Notes: generated from the sequence alone by a model not told the origin. Shown: positions 38,965 through 49,478, counted from the stretch's first letter. The stretch: DNA of 64,000 nucleotides from Nitrospirota bacterium (GCA_963710375.1 CAVPZX010000002.1:384001-448000), one strand, 5' to 3'. A program made the numbers and translations.

Positions 38965-39241
38965 TTTCTAGATACTCTTCCCATTCCATAGGGAGCAGAT
39001 ACTTCTTATTATTATTGCAGTTTTTGCAGGCGGTCACGATGTTGCCCTTTACAGACTTGCCGCCGCGGGCCAGCGGCACTATATGGTCCATGGTGAGCAG
39101 CCTGGCAGGAACCTTTGCATTACAGTAGTAACATGTGCCGGCGGCGCACTTCCTTTTCCACCAGGTGCTCTGGCGGAGGTCGCGGGCAATGTTGCGCTCT
39201 CTTTTAATATACTCTTCGGTGATATCCGATACGAAAACCAT
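38945..39241 (-). CDS. HNH endonuclease family protein
   Basis: CYYC...TMDHIVPLARGG...N...CKNCNN. Confidence 0.9.
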   Translation of the reverse strand: MVFVSDITEEYIKRERNIARDLRQSTWWKRKCAAGTCYYCNAKVPARLLTMDHIVPLARGGKSVKGNIVTACKNCNNNKKYLLPMEWEEYLENTVNRE

Positions 39242-39243
39242 AA

Positions 39244-39522
39244 CTACTTCCGGCCTTTTTTAGCGTCTTCCTCTTCAAAAAACTTTCTATACATGATTTC
39301 CCACTCGGGGCTGCCATCGACAAGCTTTTTAGTATAAGACTGAAGTTTTTTCCTCACTTCGGCATCAATGTCCTCGCCGACTTTTAACTCGTTGGTGATA
39401 GTTCGTTTTATTTCCCTCCTCACCAGGCCGTCATCCTCCTTCAGGGTAATCAAGCCCTTTTCCATCAGTCCTTTCAGCAGCATATGGGTAGTATGAGTTA
39501 TCTTATCGTCAGAGAGCATCAT
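39244..39522 (-). CDS. DUF507 family protein
   Basis: LSDDKI.H, EDID.EVR.KL, GSPEW..MY. Confidence 0.75.
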   Translation of the reverse strand: MMLSDDKITHTTHMLLKGLMEKGLITLKEDDGLVRREIKRTITNELKVGEDIDAEVRKKLQSYTKKLVDGSPEWEIMYRKFFEEEDAKKGRK

Positions 39523-39800
39523 AGTACTATGTTCCTTTCCCTGACAAGTTTATGTTTTGTCATATCGAAGAGTTTCCTGAAATCGAGTCTTCCTTTTTCT
39601 ATTTCGGATTCGTACTTCTTCAACAACTGGCGCACTTCTTCATTAAGCCTGTCTTCAGCCATGAGCTCATCGAGGAGCAAAGTCTCAGTTTCTTCAATGA
39701 GCCGCTCAACGGCAACCGCCGGCTCAATAAGGCCCTTGTTGACAAGATTATTGATAATCTGTTTTGCCATAAAAGGTACCCAACTCTTCGGTATGCGCAT
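39519..39800 (-). CDS. DUF507 family protein
   Basis: MRIPKSWV, EDRLNEEVR.LL, LF...K.KLVRER. Confidence 0.75.
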   Translation of the reverse strand: MRIPKSWVPFMAKQIINNLVNKGLIEPAVAVERLIEETETLLLDELMAEDRLNEEVRQLLKKYESEIEKGRLDFRKLFDMTKHKLVRERNIVL

Positions 39801-39801
39801 T

Positions 39802-40026
39802 CTATTTTTCCATAAAAGGCAAAAGTGCAATATACCGTGCTCTCTTGACTGCAGTGGTCAATTCCCGCTGATGGGCCGCACAGGTTCCGGTCATTTTCCT
39901 TGTAAGGATCTTCCCTCGCTCAGTCATATAACTTCTAAGGCCTTTTAAATCCTTATAGTCAATAAATGCTATCTTGTCGGCGCAATACCTGCAGAATTTC
40001 CTTTTCTGAAATCTCTTCTGTTGCAT
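39802..40026 (-). CDS. rpsR: 30S ribosomal protein S18 (zinc-binding form)
   Basis: [29 protein letters not shown]. Confidence 0.97.
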   Translation of the reverse strand: MQQKRFQKRKFCRYCADKIAFIDYKDLKGLRSYMTERGKILTRKMTGTCAAHQRELTTAVKRARYIALLPFMEK

Positions 40027-40040
40027 GTCATCTCCTTTCT

Positions 40041-40451
40041 TTAAAACGGCTCTAAATCCGTTGTTTCATCAGGCGGGGCCATATCAGCAATATTAGATCC
40101 TTCGGCATGGGCTTGTCCGCCCCGGGCGGAGTCCCGCTTTGGCATGAATCTAACGTCCCTCGCTATAACTTCAAATTTACTCTTCTGGACTCCTTCCGAC
40201 TCCCATTTGCGTTCACGGAGCCTGCCTTCCACAAGCACTGGATTGCCTTTGCTCAAGAATTTGCCGCAGCTCTCGGCCTGTTTGCCGAACACAACGGCAT
40301 TGATAAAAAGCACCTCTTCTTTTGTATCATCTCCCTGTTTGTACTTGGAGTTGACGGCAATTGAAATCGTGGTCACAGGCGTCCCGCCAGGCGTATACCG
40401 CACTTCAGGATCTCTTGTAAGGTTCCCTATAAGAATAATCCGGTTAAACAT
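40041..40451 (-). CDS. ssb: single-stranded DNA-binding protein
   Basis: [14 protein letters not shown], acidic C-terminus DLEPF. Confidence 0.97.
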   Translation of the reverse strand: MFNRIILIGNLTRDPEVRYTPGGTPVTTISIAVNSKYKQGDDTKEEVLFINAVVFGKQAESCGKFLSKGNPVLVEGRLRERKWESEGVQKSKFEVIARDVRFMPKRDSARGGQAHAEGSNIADMAPPDETTDLEPF

Positions 40452-40872
40452 CAGCGCCTGTTTTCACCTCTGCTGAGGGCTCAACCACGTGAGCTGCACC
40501 TCCAACAGTCTTCGACTTTTCGGGGACACCGGGTTCTGAGGCAGCAGTGACCCCAAGCACCTCTTTGGGAAGTGCTTCTATCTGTTTAGGGCCGAGTCTG
40601 ATAACCATGAACTTGAGAACAGGGTCAAAAACTTTAAAGAAACTTTCGATCTTGCCAATCGTGGAGGAAGGGGCCTTAAACAGGTAGAAGATATATATTC
40701 CCATCTTCTGTTTATTGAGTTCATAAGAGAGCTTCCTCCTCCCCCAGTTATCAGCCTTGAAAACCTCACCGTCAGACTTCGTTATCTGCTCTGAAACCTT
40801 ATCAATAGCGGATTTTATTTCCTCATCATTGAGGGCAGGATTCAGAATGACCATACTTTCGTACCAATTCAT
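40444..40872 (-). CDS. rpsF: 30S ribosomal protein S6
   Basis: YESMVILNP, WGRRKLSY; C-terminal extension overlaps the ssb start. Confidence 0.95.
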   Translation of the reverse strand: MNWYESMVILNPALNDEEIKSAIDKVSEQITKSDGEVFKADNWGRRKLSYELNKQKMGIYIFYLFKAPSSTIGKIESFFKVFDPVLKFMVIRLGPKQIEALPKEVLGVTAASEPGVPEKSKTVGGAAHVVEPSAEVKTGADV

Positions 40873-40878
40873 CAAACA

Positions 40879-40924
40879 CCTCCATATGGATATAAAGCCC
40901 TTTCACAAAGGAAGGGCATGGAGG
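40879..40924 (-). promoter_or_regulatory. probable S6:S18 autoregulatory leader RNA
   Basis: CCTCCAT pairs with ATGGAGG (the RBS) and encloses a GCCCTT...AAGGGC hairpin and a CC-containing loop, directly upstream of rpsF. Confidence 0.55.
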
Positions 40925-40997
40925 ATACACCAATTTCCAGAAGAAAAAATTTGGGGCACCCAAGAATGACTGTTATAGCATATTTAACACTTAAAAA

Positions 40998-42398
40998 TCA
41001 AATAAGTTTATACTCTTTCATCTTCTTATTAAGTGTATTTCTGTTGATTCCCAGGGCCTTGGCCGCCTTGACCTGGTTTCCCCCGGTCTCCTTCAACGCA
41101 ATGCCCAGGAGGGCTTTGTCAACTTCCGCTATGATCGTTTCATAGAGATTGGAATTCTCAATCCTGGTCATTTTTTTCAACAGGCCGTCAAGCTTTACCT
41201 CGAGAAACTCTTTTACAGAACACGCATTATAATCATTGGCAAAGAGTTCCTTTCTTTCAATCAGACTTCCCTTTGAAAGAATCGTCGCCCGTTTTACGCA
41301 ATTTTCAAGCTCCATCACATTGCCAGGCCAATCATAGCCGGAGAGAGACTTTTCGGCATCTTTGGAAAAATCTTTTGTAGGCAGCTCAAAGGCCTTTATT
41401 GACTCTTTAAGAAAATGACGCGCTAATGGAAGTATATCTTCTTTCCTTTCCCTTAGAGGGGGCAGCTTCATCTCAATATCGCTGAACCCGCGGTAAAGAT
41501 CCTCGCGGAAAAGGCCGCACTTCACGCACTCCTTGAGGTCCTTGTTGGTAGCACCAATAATCCTGACGTCGGCTTTGATAACATTGCTGCTCCCCAGCAG
41601 GCTGTACTCCCGCTCCTGCAAAAAGCGCAGGAGTTTCGACTGGAGGTGAGCATCAAATTCGGAAATTTCATCAAAGAACAACGTGCCGCCGTAAGCATGC
41701 TGTATCTTGCCTTCAGTTCTTTCCACTGCACCGGAAAAGGCGCCCTTCTCCCAGCCGAAAAGCTCAGCTTCTATGAGTTCCCCGGGAATCGAAGCGTAAT
41801 TGATAGCAACAAAGGGGCCTAATTTTCTTCTGCTGTTTTTATGGATGGTCCTCGCGACAAGCTCTTTGCCGGTACCGCTCTCGCCGGAGATGAGCACCGT
41901 ATTATCTTTTGGTGCAACTCTCCCGATTTCTTTGAATACTTTCAGAATGCTGCGGGATTTGCCTATAAGCTGTCCTCCATTATGAAAGGGCATGGAATCT
42001 TCTTTGATTTGCCTGAGCTTTAGGAGTTCTTCTCGTATATTTATGTCCCTGAAAGCCCTATCTGCAACGATTTTCAGTTCCTCAATGTCTAACGGCTTTT
42101 CCAGGTAATCATAGGCGCCCTCCTTCATGGCATCCATAGCGCTTTCCCTGCGTCCGTGAGCGGTAACCATAATCACGAGAGTATCGGGATTAAAAACCCT
42201 CATCTCCTTCAACGCATCAACACTGTTGCCGTCGGGAAGCGTGAGGTCAAGTAACATGAGCTTGTATTTGTCGGCAATCTTAATACCCGACCTGAGGTTG
42301 TTCCTTGTCTCTATCTCGTAGCCAAGTGGTTCCAATGCCTTCCGTACGACCCGGATCACGCTCTCATCATCATCTATAACCAGCAACCGTTTACTCAT
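40998..42398 (-). CDS. sigma54-dependent response regulator (NtrC family)
   Basis: Receiver, [21 protein letters not shown], Fis-type HTH. Confidence 0.9.
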   Translation of the reverse strand: MSKRLLVIDDDESVIRVVRKALEPLGYEIETRNNLRSGIKIADKYKLMLLDLTLPDGNSVDALKEMRVFNPDTLVIMVTAHGRRESAMDAMKEGAYDYLEKPLDIEELKIVADRAFRDINIREELLKLRQIKEDSMPFHNGGQLIGKSRSILKVFKEIGRVAPKDNTVLISGESGTGKELVARTIHKNSRRKLGPFVAINYASIPGELIEAELFGWEKGAFSGAVERTEGKIQHAYGGTLFFDEISEFDAHLQSKLLRFLQEREYSLLGSSNVIKADVRIIGATNKDLKECVKCGLFREDLYRGFSDIEMKLPPLRERKEDILPLARHFLKESIKAFELPTKDFSKDAEKSLSGYDWPGNVMELENCVKRATILSKGSLIERKELFANDYNACSVKEFLEVKLDGLLKKMTRIENSNLYETIIAEVDKALLGIALKETGGNQVKAAKALGINRNTLNKKMKEYKLI

Positions 42399-42508
42399 TT
42401 TCTCCTAAAGCCGTGAATAGTGAAAGGTGAAAAGTGAAAGGTAAAAGCAAACAATAAAGTGCCCTTACTCTTTCATCTTGCTTTATTCTATTCACATTTC
42501 ACTTTTAA

Positions 42509-43225
42509 CTATTCACTTTTCACTTTCTTTATTTGGTATAATTTATGTTTTTTTATATACCTTTCCACTGATGCAGGCAAAAGGTACTTGATACTCCTGT
42601 TCTCCTCAACGAGACGCCGTATGCCGGTCAACGATATATCCATCTGCGTAACCGGCACTAAAAAAGCGCTCCTGCCGCTCACCAACTTCAAAGTCCGTGA
42701 ACCGTGAATCGTGAATCGTGAATCGTTAGAGACACCGTGAACTTCTTCTTTTTTCAATTCACTATTCACTTCTTCACTATTCACATTTTTGATATAGGGT
42801 GAGCCTGCGATGGCATCGAAGCCGAATCCGGGACGCCCTACGATAATAAAATCCGTCATACCTGTGAGTTTTTCCGGCTCCCGCCATTTCGGCATATCGA
42901 GGAAGGCGTCGCTGCCGAGGATAAAAAACAGTTCATCTCCGGGATATCTCTTACAAAGCATTTCAAGAGTATCAACAGTATACGACTTACCCTGCCTGAC
43001 GGCCTCGAAATCGGAAACGATGAAGTCTTTATTGGAAGCAGCAGCAAGGGTTGCCATTGCATATCGGTGTGACGCAGCAACAGCATTGCGCTCCTTAAAA
43101 GGAGGATTCCCGGCGGGCACAAAAATCACTTTGTCAAGCCGGAGTTTATACCTCGCTTCCTCGGCAGTCCTCAGGTGTCCTGAATGAACAGGATTGAATG
43201 TGCCGCCAAAGATACCAAGCCTCAT
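42509..43225 (-). CDS. nadD: nicotinate-nucleotide adenylyltransferase with an in-frame repeat insertion
   Basis: GGTFNPVHSGH, SYTVDTL, FILGSD, W, ISLTGIR. Confidence 0.95.
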   Translation of the reverse strand: MRLGIFGGTFNPVHSGHLRTAEEARYKLRLDKVIFVPAGNPPFKERNAVAASHRYAMATLAAASNKDFIVSDFEAVRQGKSYTVDTLEMLCKRYPGDELFFILGSDAFLDMPKWREPEKLTGMTDFIIVGRPGFGFDAIAGSPYIKNVNSEEVNSELKKEEVHGVSNDSRFTIHGSRTLKLVSGRSAFLVPVTQMDISLTGIRRLVEENRSIKYLLPASVERYIKKHKLYQIKKVKSE

Positions 43226-43390
43226 AAAATCGTAAAACGTGAGAAAGAACGTGAATAGTGAATAGTGAATAGTGAAGGGTCAACGGCGTTCACTGCTTTT
43301 TTTCTTGTTTCACTTTCTTCTTTGTTTTTATTCACAGCTTTTTGTCTCTGACTTTCCTATTCACGTTTCACGATTCACGATTCACGTTTT

Positions 43391-43669
43391 TTACAGCCCC
43401 ATTTTTTTCAGCGCCTCGTCCCCCTGTCCTTTCATTGCAGGGGCATCTTCCGGGAGGTACAGCATAACTCCGCCCTTTACAGGCCTTATAACGATCTTGC
43501 CTTCATGAGAGAGCTGAGTTGTCACTTTGACCGGGTCTTCGCCTTCAAAGTACTTCTTAAACGCCTCGTTAAAGCCGGAATACACTGTATGTATCCCCTT
43601 ATACCCTTCTTTCCTGAGACTAACAATCGCCTTCTTTACAAAATCTTCGTGTCCCAGCTTCTCTGACAT
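43391..43669 (-). CDS. conserved hypothetical protein
   Basis: GYKGIHTVYSGFNEAFKKYF...GGVMLY; RBS AGGAGG; co-oriented between proA and nadD. Confidence 0.75.
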   Translation of the reverse strand: MSEKLGHEDFVKKAIVSLRKEGYKGIHTVYSGFNEAFKKYFEGEDPVKVTTQLSHEGKIVIRPVKGGVMLYLPEDAPAMKGQGDEALKKMGL

Positions 43670-43684
43670 TCTCAATGCCCTCCT

Positions 43685-44941
43685 TTATTCTCGTAATTGT
43701 CCGCACCCTAGGACGACAAACTTTGTACAGGTCAACTCTTCAAGCCCCATCGGCCCTCGCGCATGGATTTTGTCGGTGGATATGCCGATTTCTGCGCCGA
43801 GACCGAATTGATAGCCGTCATTTAAGCGGGTAGATGCATTCACCAGTACAGCAGAAGAGTCCACTTCCCTTAAAAACCTCATTGCCCTCTCATAGTTCGT
43901 GGTGACAATCGTATCAGAGTGGGCTGAACCGTACCTTGCAATATGCTCCATCGCCTCATCAATGTCACCCACTATTTTTACATTCAATACCAGATCAAGG
44001 TATTCGCGGTAATAGTCTTCGTCAGCAATGCCTTTGATATCAGGACACAGAGCAATAGCACGAGGGCACCCGTGCAATTCAACCCCGGCACCCGTGAACC
44101 GCTTTACCATTGGGAGAAGGAAACGCTCTGCAATGGCCTTGTCAACCAGCATTGTTTCCATTGCATTACAGGTCCCAGGTCTTTGCACCTTGGAATTAAA
44201 ACATATTGCCTCCGCCATTGCCAAATCCGCATCCCTGTCAACAAAGACATGACAGACCCCTTTATAATGCTTAAGTACAGGGATTCTCGAATTTTCCGTT
44301 ACAGCTCTAATAAGCCCTTCTCCTCCACGAGGGATAATGAGGTCTATGATGCCCTCCAGTTTCAACATCTCCATGATGGCTTCCCTTTCAGGAATATCTA
44401 TAAACGTGATAGCACCTTCATGAACCCCTTCCGCACTTGCAACGTTCCTTAAAATAGCTGCAGTGGCCCTGTTTGAGTGCAGGGCCTCGGAACCCCCTCT
44501 TAAAATTACCGCATTCCCTGCCTTCAAACACAAGCCGGTTGCATCAACTGTCACACTCGGACGCGCCTCATAAATTATGCCTATTACCCCTATCGGCACT
44601 CTCATCCTGCCAACGGCCATGCCGTTGGGCCGTTGCCGCATTTTGGATATTTCTCCAACGGGATCGGGAAGTTGAGCAACCTCTATGAGCCCTCCCGCCA
44701 TCTCCTCCACCCGTTTTTCAGTCAGGGTCAATCTGTCGATCAACGCCTTTGAAAGACCCTCCTTTTCAGCATATTCGATGTCTTTTTTATTTTCAGCAAT
44801 AAGCTCTTCCCCTCTGGTCCTGAGGGCCTCCGCCATCTTGATTAAAACAGCGTTTTTCCGGCTTGAAGAAGCTTTTGCAAGACTGCGTGCACCTTCTTTA
44901 GCCTCCCTCGCCTTTCCCAAAACAAACGCCTTTATATCCAT
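43685..44941 (-). CDS. proA: gamma-glutamyl phosphate reductase
   Basis: VPIGVIGIIYE, PRGG, CNAME, NASTR..DG..FGLGAEIGIST.K.HARGP. Confidence 0.97.
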   Translation of the reverse strand: MDIKAFVLGKAREAKEGARSLAKASSSRKNAVLIKMAEALRTRGEELIAENKKDIEYAEKEGLSKALIDRLTLTEKRVEEMAGGLIEVAQLPDPVGEISKMRQRPNGMAVGRMRVPIGVIGIIYEARPSVTVDATGLCLKAGNAVILRGGSEALHSNRATAAILRNVASAEGVHEGAITFIDIPEREAIMEMLKLEGIIDLIIPRGGEGLIRAVTENSRIPVLKHYKGVCHVFVDRDADLAMAEAICFNSKVQRPGTCNAMETMLVDKAIAERFLLPMVKRFTGAGVELHGCPRAIALCPDIKGIADEDYYREYLDLVLNVKIVGDIDEAMEHIARYGSAHSDTIVTTNYERAMRFLREVDSSAVLVNASTRLNDGYQFGLGAEIGISTDKIHARGPMGLEELTCTKFVVLGCGQLRE

Positions 44942-45145
44942 ACAGCCCCTCCGATGAGACAGGTAGTGGGTAACAAGGAAAGAATAGCATTACTTACTAC
45001 CGTATAACCTAATAACCTAATAGTAATACAATTATCAAGAAAACAGTGCTAAAAATCAATACATATTTAGACACCCTTACTTCTAAGGCACAGTTTTTAT
45101 AAATATTTGCTATAATAATCGATAACTACTTTTCAGGAGGTTTTT

Positions 45146-45325
45146 ATGGCAACACCTGTTGTTGATCTCGATTTATGCATAGGCTGTGGCTCATGCGTTG
45201 AAGTATGCCCCGAAGTCTTCGAACTCAGGGATGAGAAGGCCTGGGTAATCAGTGATAAGTGCGATACCTGCGATTGCACTGAAGCTGCCAATGTCTGCCC
45301 CAGTGAAGCAATCAAGATCGAGTAA
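45146..45325 (+). CDS. fdx: ferredoxin, 59 aa (below the ORF-track cutoff)
   Basis: MATPVVDLDLCIGCGSCVEVCPEVFELRDEKAWVISDKCDTCDCTEAANVCPSEAIKIE; RBS AGGAGG. Confidence 0.92.
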   Translation: MATPVVDLDLCIGCGSCVEVCPEVFELRDEKAWVISDKCDTCDCTEAANVCPSEAIKIE

Positions 45326-45393
45326 ATGAATTGATGAGGTAATGGGTATATGAGTTAATGAGAGACCATCCTCATACTCATATGCCCTCATAC

Positions 45394-45960
45394 TCAAATA
45401 CTTATTAGCTTTTTTTTCGCCAGTTCAGCAAGACCGTAAATTTTCAAATCTATAAAATCTCCTCTCTCCCGAAAAGCCGCAAGACGCTCATACATAGCCG
45501 AGAGCGGCATTCTTATTATTTCGATATCTTCGGACTCGTCCGGCAGGTATAGTTGTTTGAGCCGGTTAGGCGCAGGAGTTACGTTTTTCGCAAGGAAAAT
45601 AGTCAACACTTCTGTTGAAAGACCTGAAGAAATGGGGCCTTCGGCGAGCAAAATAAATTCCTCGGCAATGCAGCCTGTTTCTTCGACCAACTCCCGCCGG
45701 GCCGCTTCCTGGAGGCTTTCATCTCTGTCATTAAGTCCTGCCGGGAATTCCACGACAAAGCCGTCCATCACCGGCCTGAACTGCCGAACAAACAGGACAT
45801 CACCATCAGCCGTCAACGGAACAATACCAACAATACCCTTGCAGTTCACCCTCTCAATAGCTTCCCAGGTCCGCAAGCTGCCCGTTTTGTCTGCATAGTC
45901 GATGTTGACAGCTCTGAGAAAACTGCCCTCCCAGACAGTGCGCTTATTGATTATGTGCAT
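45394..45960 (-). CDS. NUDIX hydrolase (ADP-ribose pyrophosphatase-like)
   Basis: EFPAGL...AARRELVEETG Nudix box, DESEDI. Confidence 0.9.
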   Translation of the reverse strand: MHIINKRTVWEGSFLRAVNIDYADKTGSLRTWEAIERVNCKGIVGIVPLTADGDVLFVRQFRPVMDGFVVEFPAGLNDRDESLQEAARRELVEETGCIAEEFILLAEGPISSGLSTEVLTIFLAKNVTPAPNRLKQLYLPDESEDIEIIRMPLSAMYERLAAFRERGDFIDLKIYGLAELAKKKLISI

Positions 45961-45967
45961 ACCCTGA

Positions 45968-46312
45968 TCATCCCAGAGGCCCGTGCAGCTTGCGTCCGCC
46001 GAGCATATGCAGATGGAAATGATAAACTACCTGTCCGCCATCAGGGTTAGTGTTTGATACGATCCTGAAACCACGTTCTGCAATGCCCTTGTCCATCGCA
46101 AGTTTTTTACAAATTCCCATGAGATGACCCATCAACGCTTTATCCCCATCTCCGGTATCGACAATAGTGGGGATATGCCGTTTAGGAATAACCAGTATAT
46201 GCACAGGGGCCTGAGGGTTTACGTCTTCGAACGCAAGCGCATGCTCGTCCTCATATACTATCTTCGCAGGTATCTTCTTTTCAGCAATCTTACAGAAAAT
46301 ACAGTCACTCAT
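45968..46312 (-). CDS. hinT: histidine triad nucleotide-binding protein
   Basis: CIFCKI, GQVVYHFHLH. Confidence 0.92.
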   Translation of the reverse strand: MSDCIFCKIAEKKIPAKIVYEDEHALAFEDVNPQAPVHILVIPKRHIPTIVDTGDGDKALMGHLMGICKKLAMDKGIAERGFRIVSNTNPDGGQVVYHFHLHMLGGRKLHGPLG

Positions 46313-46428
46313 AAAACCTCCGAATTCAGAAATGTTGGATGTTGAATTTTGAATGTTAAATTGTGGAGTGCAAACATTAAATAAATTATTTCCTCCTTAA
46401 TTCGACATTCAGCATTCAACATTCAAAA

Positions 46429-46749
46429 TTATCCTATCCTTCGATAAAAGCAGGTGCGCTCACCCGTATGGCACGCGCCTTCACCATGCTGTATCACCTT
46501 TACGAGCAGAGTGTCGGCATCGCAGTCGTAGAAAATTTCCTTGACCTCCTGCAAGCTGCCTGATGTTTCGCCCTTTTTCCAGTACTTTTGCCTTGACCTC
46601 GACCAAAAATGAGTAAAGCCTGTCTCGATGGTCGTTTTCAGGGAGGTCTCATTCATATATGCCATCATCAGGATGTCCCCGCTCCGGGCGTCCTGAATAA
46701 TGGCTGGAATAAGACCGTTTGCATCATATTTAAGCTCCGGCAATATCAT
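46429..46749 (-). CDS. hisI: phosphoribosyl-AMP cyclohydrolase
   Basis: WSRSR..W.KGETSG, DCDAD, ACHTG..TCF. Confidence 0.95.
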   Translation of the reverse strand: MILPELKYDANGLIPAIIQDARSGDILMMAYMNETSLKTTIETGFTHFWSRSRQKYWKKGETSGSLQEVKEIFYDCDADTLLVKVIQHGEGACHTGERTCFYRRIG

Positions 46750-46866
46750 TTATCCACCATCGTTTTATAATACCATTGGCCTGCTTGGTAAAATCAACAA
46801 CCTAACATGATCGGCGAGGGACATGGTACCTCTGTCTCTGTGGTATAATCAAAATAAATTTTTGAT

Positions 46867-47451
46867 ATGTCAAGGAAAAAATTATCAATAAGAATGCTGT
46901 CCCTGCTGTTGTTCCTTGAGCTGATGGTGTTTGTCAGAACAGGCACTGCGGCCGAAATATCCGAGATAAGTTACAAACTGTCTAATAATGAGCTCTATGT
47001 ATCAACCGTTATCAGGCCTGACCAGAAAATTGTGGATGAACTGACTGACGGGTTATCAAAGGAGTTCACTTTTTATATTGATCTCTTCCGGGTATGGCAT
47101 ATCTGGCCGGATGAGTTTGTCCTCGGTCAAAAAATAATAACAACGTTAAAAACCAATCCTATCAAGAGAGAATATACTGCCACCAGGGTCACCGGCAACA
47201 TTTCCCTGCAGAAGCGGTTTAACAACTTGGAAGCAATGATCAATTGGGCAATGGATCTTACCGATATCAAACTGACCAATGTTAAGGAACTTGAGTCTGG
47301 GACTTATTTCATAAAAGTGACTGCCGAATCACGCATTAGGCAGTTGCCACCGGTCATAGGCTACCTCCTCTTTTTTGTGCCGGACAAGGATTTTTCTATT
47401 TCTAAAGACTCCCAAACATTCAAGATAAACAAGAAGGGGACACAGCCATGA
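46867..47451 (+). CDS. DUF4390 domain exported protein
   Basis: Signal peptide, W..WPDE motif, typical position before ntrY. Confidence 0.75.
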   Translation: MSRKKLSIRMLSLLLFLELMVFVRTGTAAEISEISYKLSNNELYVSTVIRPDQKIVDELTDGLSKEFTFYIDLFRVWHIWPDEFVLGQKIITTLKTNPIKREYTATRVTGNISLQKRFNNLEAMINWAMDLTDIKLTNVKELESGTYFIKVTAESRIRQLPPVIGYLLFFVPDKDFSISKDSQTFKINKKGTQP

Positions 47452-49478
47452 GGCTGATGAAATATTTCTTAACAGTTTCCGGGCTTCTGCTGCTAATCTC
47501 GGCAATAACGACTGTTGAGCTACATTTTATTAAGCTGTCTTCCGTTGACATAACTACACGGTTCATTCTTATCAGCCTGCTCACATTCAATGTGGTCGCG
47601 CTCCTGACATTGATGTTTTTTGTGGGAAAAAACATCTTCAAGCTTTACATGGAAAAACGAAATAAAGTCCTCGGCTACAAGTTCAGAACGAAACTCATGA
47701 CCATTTTTGTCATCCTCACTCTCATACCCTCTTCTTTTCTTTTCATTGCGGCAAGCGGTCTCGCCACTAATTATATCAACCGCATTTTTTCTCCGCAGCT
47801 GAAAGAACCATTTAAAAAATCGATCGAACTCGTCAGGGCTTTTTACGATTTCGGGCGGCAGAGAGTGCTCGCCGCAGCGGAGCATGCCGCGAGCGGGGGC
47901 CAGCCCATTCCCAGCGACATGTCGGTCCATAAATATGCGTCATTGCCGAAGGATGCGACCGACATCGTAAAGGAAGCTTTTAAAGGCATTAAAGGGACCG
48001 AGATTGTCACAACGAGCAAAGGCGATATCATTAGGGCAGCGGTACCGGACCGCTCACATGGCGGCAAAGGAGTAGTAGTTGTAGAACTGCTCCTGCCCAT
48101 GAGTATTTCAGGGAAATCGGAAAGTCTGGAAGAACTCTATGAGGATTACCTGAAGATCGAGACTTTCAGGAACCCGCTGCGGCTGAATTATGTTCTTATA
48201 CTTGGATTTTTCACGCTCCTGATCGTCTTTGCAGGGCTTTGGGTTTCCCTGAAAATATCCGGGGGGATTACCACACCGATTCAGAACCTGGCGATGGCAA
48301 CTGAACAGGTAGCATCCGGCAATCTTGACGTCAAGGTCACTGCAAAGAGCGAAGATGAAATCGGCCTGCTGATTACCTCATTTAATGAAATGGTAAAACA
48401 ACTCAAAGACAGCAAGGAATCTCTCGAAAAGGCATACATTGAGTCGGACAAGAGGAGGCTCTATCTCGAGAACATCCTTGATAATATCAATTCCGGAGTT
48501 ATCTTTCTTGATAATAGCGGGACAATCCTTACCATCAACAAGGCGGCATGCTCCATTCTGAACATCAGGCCAGAGGCCGTTAAGGGGCATAATTACTTGT
48601 CGTTTATCTCGTCGCTTAATTCCAGGGACATTGCAAACATGGTAAAAGAGATGGAAAACAGGGTGGTACGTGAAATAAAACGTGAAGTCAAAGTCAATAT
48701 TGACGGCAGGATCGCCATACTCAGGCTTTTCGTGTCGGGCATCAGGGAATCGTACACATCAAAAGCCATCGGTATGCTCGTGGTCTTCGATGATCTTACC
48801 GATATAATAAAGGCTCAAAAGGTCACAGCCTGGCAGGAGGTTGCCAGGAGATTGGCCCACGAGATAAAAAACCCGCTGACACCTATCAAGCTTTCTACTG
48901 AACGGTTGATAAAGAAATGGCTGCATAAGGACGATGATTTTGACGCTGTGTTTGAGAAATCAACCCGGACGATCATCTCTGAAGTTGAGAGCCTGAGAAA
49001 ATTAGTCGATGTATTCTCCAGTTACGGCAAACTGCCGGAAGTGAACAAGGCACCGGTCAATCTCCCGGACGTGGTCGATTCTGTTGTCGGCCTGTATAAA
49101 GGGTTTAAGGACATAGAAATATCGACCTCAGTGCAGACCGAAATTCCTCTGTTGGAGCTCGATGCTGAGCAGTTCAAGCGGGTAATGGTCAATATCATCG
49201 ATAACGCCATCAAGGCAATGGAAAGCAAAGGCGCTATTGCTATTTCCTTAAATGCGCAAGAAAATAGTAAACTAATGATTGATATAGCCGATACAGGACC
49301 AGGCATAAAGGATGAGGTGAAAGAGAAGTTATTTTTACCCTATTTCTCAGGCAGAAAAGGCGGCACGGGGCTCGGTCTGGCCATAGCGAACAAGATAATA
49401 GCCGACCATGGGGGAAGAATACTGGTCAGGGACAATATCCCCAGGGGAAGCATATTTACCATAGAATTGCCGCTGTGA
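47448..49478 (+). CDS. ntrY: NtrY-like HAMP/PAS sensor histidine kinase
   Basis: AWQEVARRLAHEIKNPLTPI, GTGLGL. Confidence 0.9.
   Translation: MRLMKYFLTVSGLLLLISAITTVELHFIKLSSVDITTRFILISLLTFNVVALLTLMFFVGKNIFKLYMEKRNKVLGYKFRTKLMTIFVILTLIPSSFLFIAASGLATNYINRIFSPQLKEPFKKSIELVRAFYDFGRQRVLAAAEHAASGGQPIPSDMSVHKYASLPKDATDIVKEAFKGIKGTEIVTTSKGDIIRAAVPDRSHGGKGVVVVELLLPMSISGKSESLEELYEDYLKIETFRNPLRLNYVLILGFFTLLIVFAGLWVSLKISGGITTPIQNLAMATEQVASGNLDVKVTAKSEDEIGLLITSFNEMVKQLKDSKESLEKAYIESDKRRLYLENILDNINSGVIFLDNSGTILTINKAACSILNIRPEAVKGHNYLSFISSLNSRDIANMVKEMENRVVREIKREVKVNIDGRIAILRLFVSGIRESYTSKAIGMLVVFDDLTDIIKAQKVTAWQEVARRLAHEIKNPLTPIKLSTERLIKKWLHKDDDFDAVFEKSTRTIISEVESLRKLVDVFSSYGKLPEVNKAPVNLPDVVDSVVGLYKGFKDIEISTSVQTEIPLLELDAEQFKRVMVNIIDNAIKAMESKGAIAISLNAQENSKLMIDIADTGPGIKDEVKEKLFLPYFSGRKGGTGLGLAIANKIIADHGGRILVRDNIPRGSIFTIELPL

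Noticed and set aside
38945..39241. HNH gene read as a homing or defence nuclease
   Set aside because: It is a short stand-alone HNH tightly coupled to the rpsF-ssb-rpsR-DUF507 run, with no intron or methylase context.
45133..45397. Two short minus-strand ORFs
   Set aside because: Antisense to the clear 59-aa ferredoxin.
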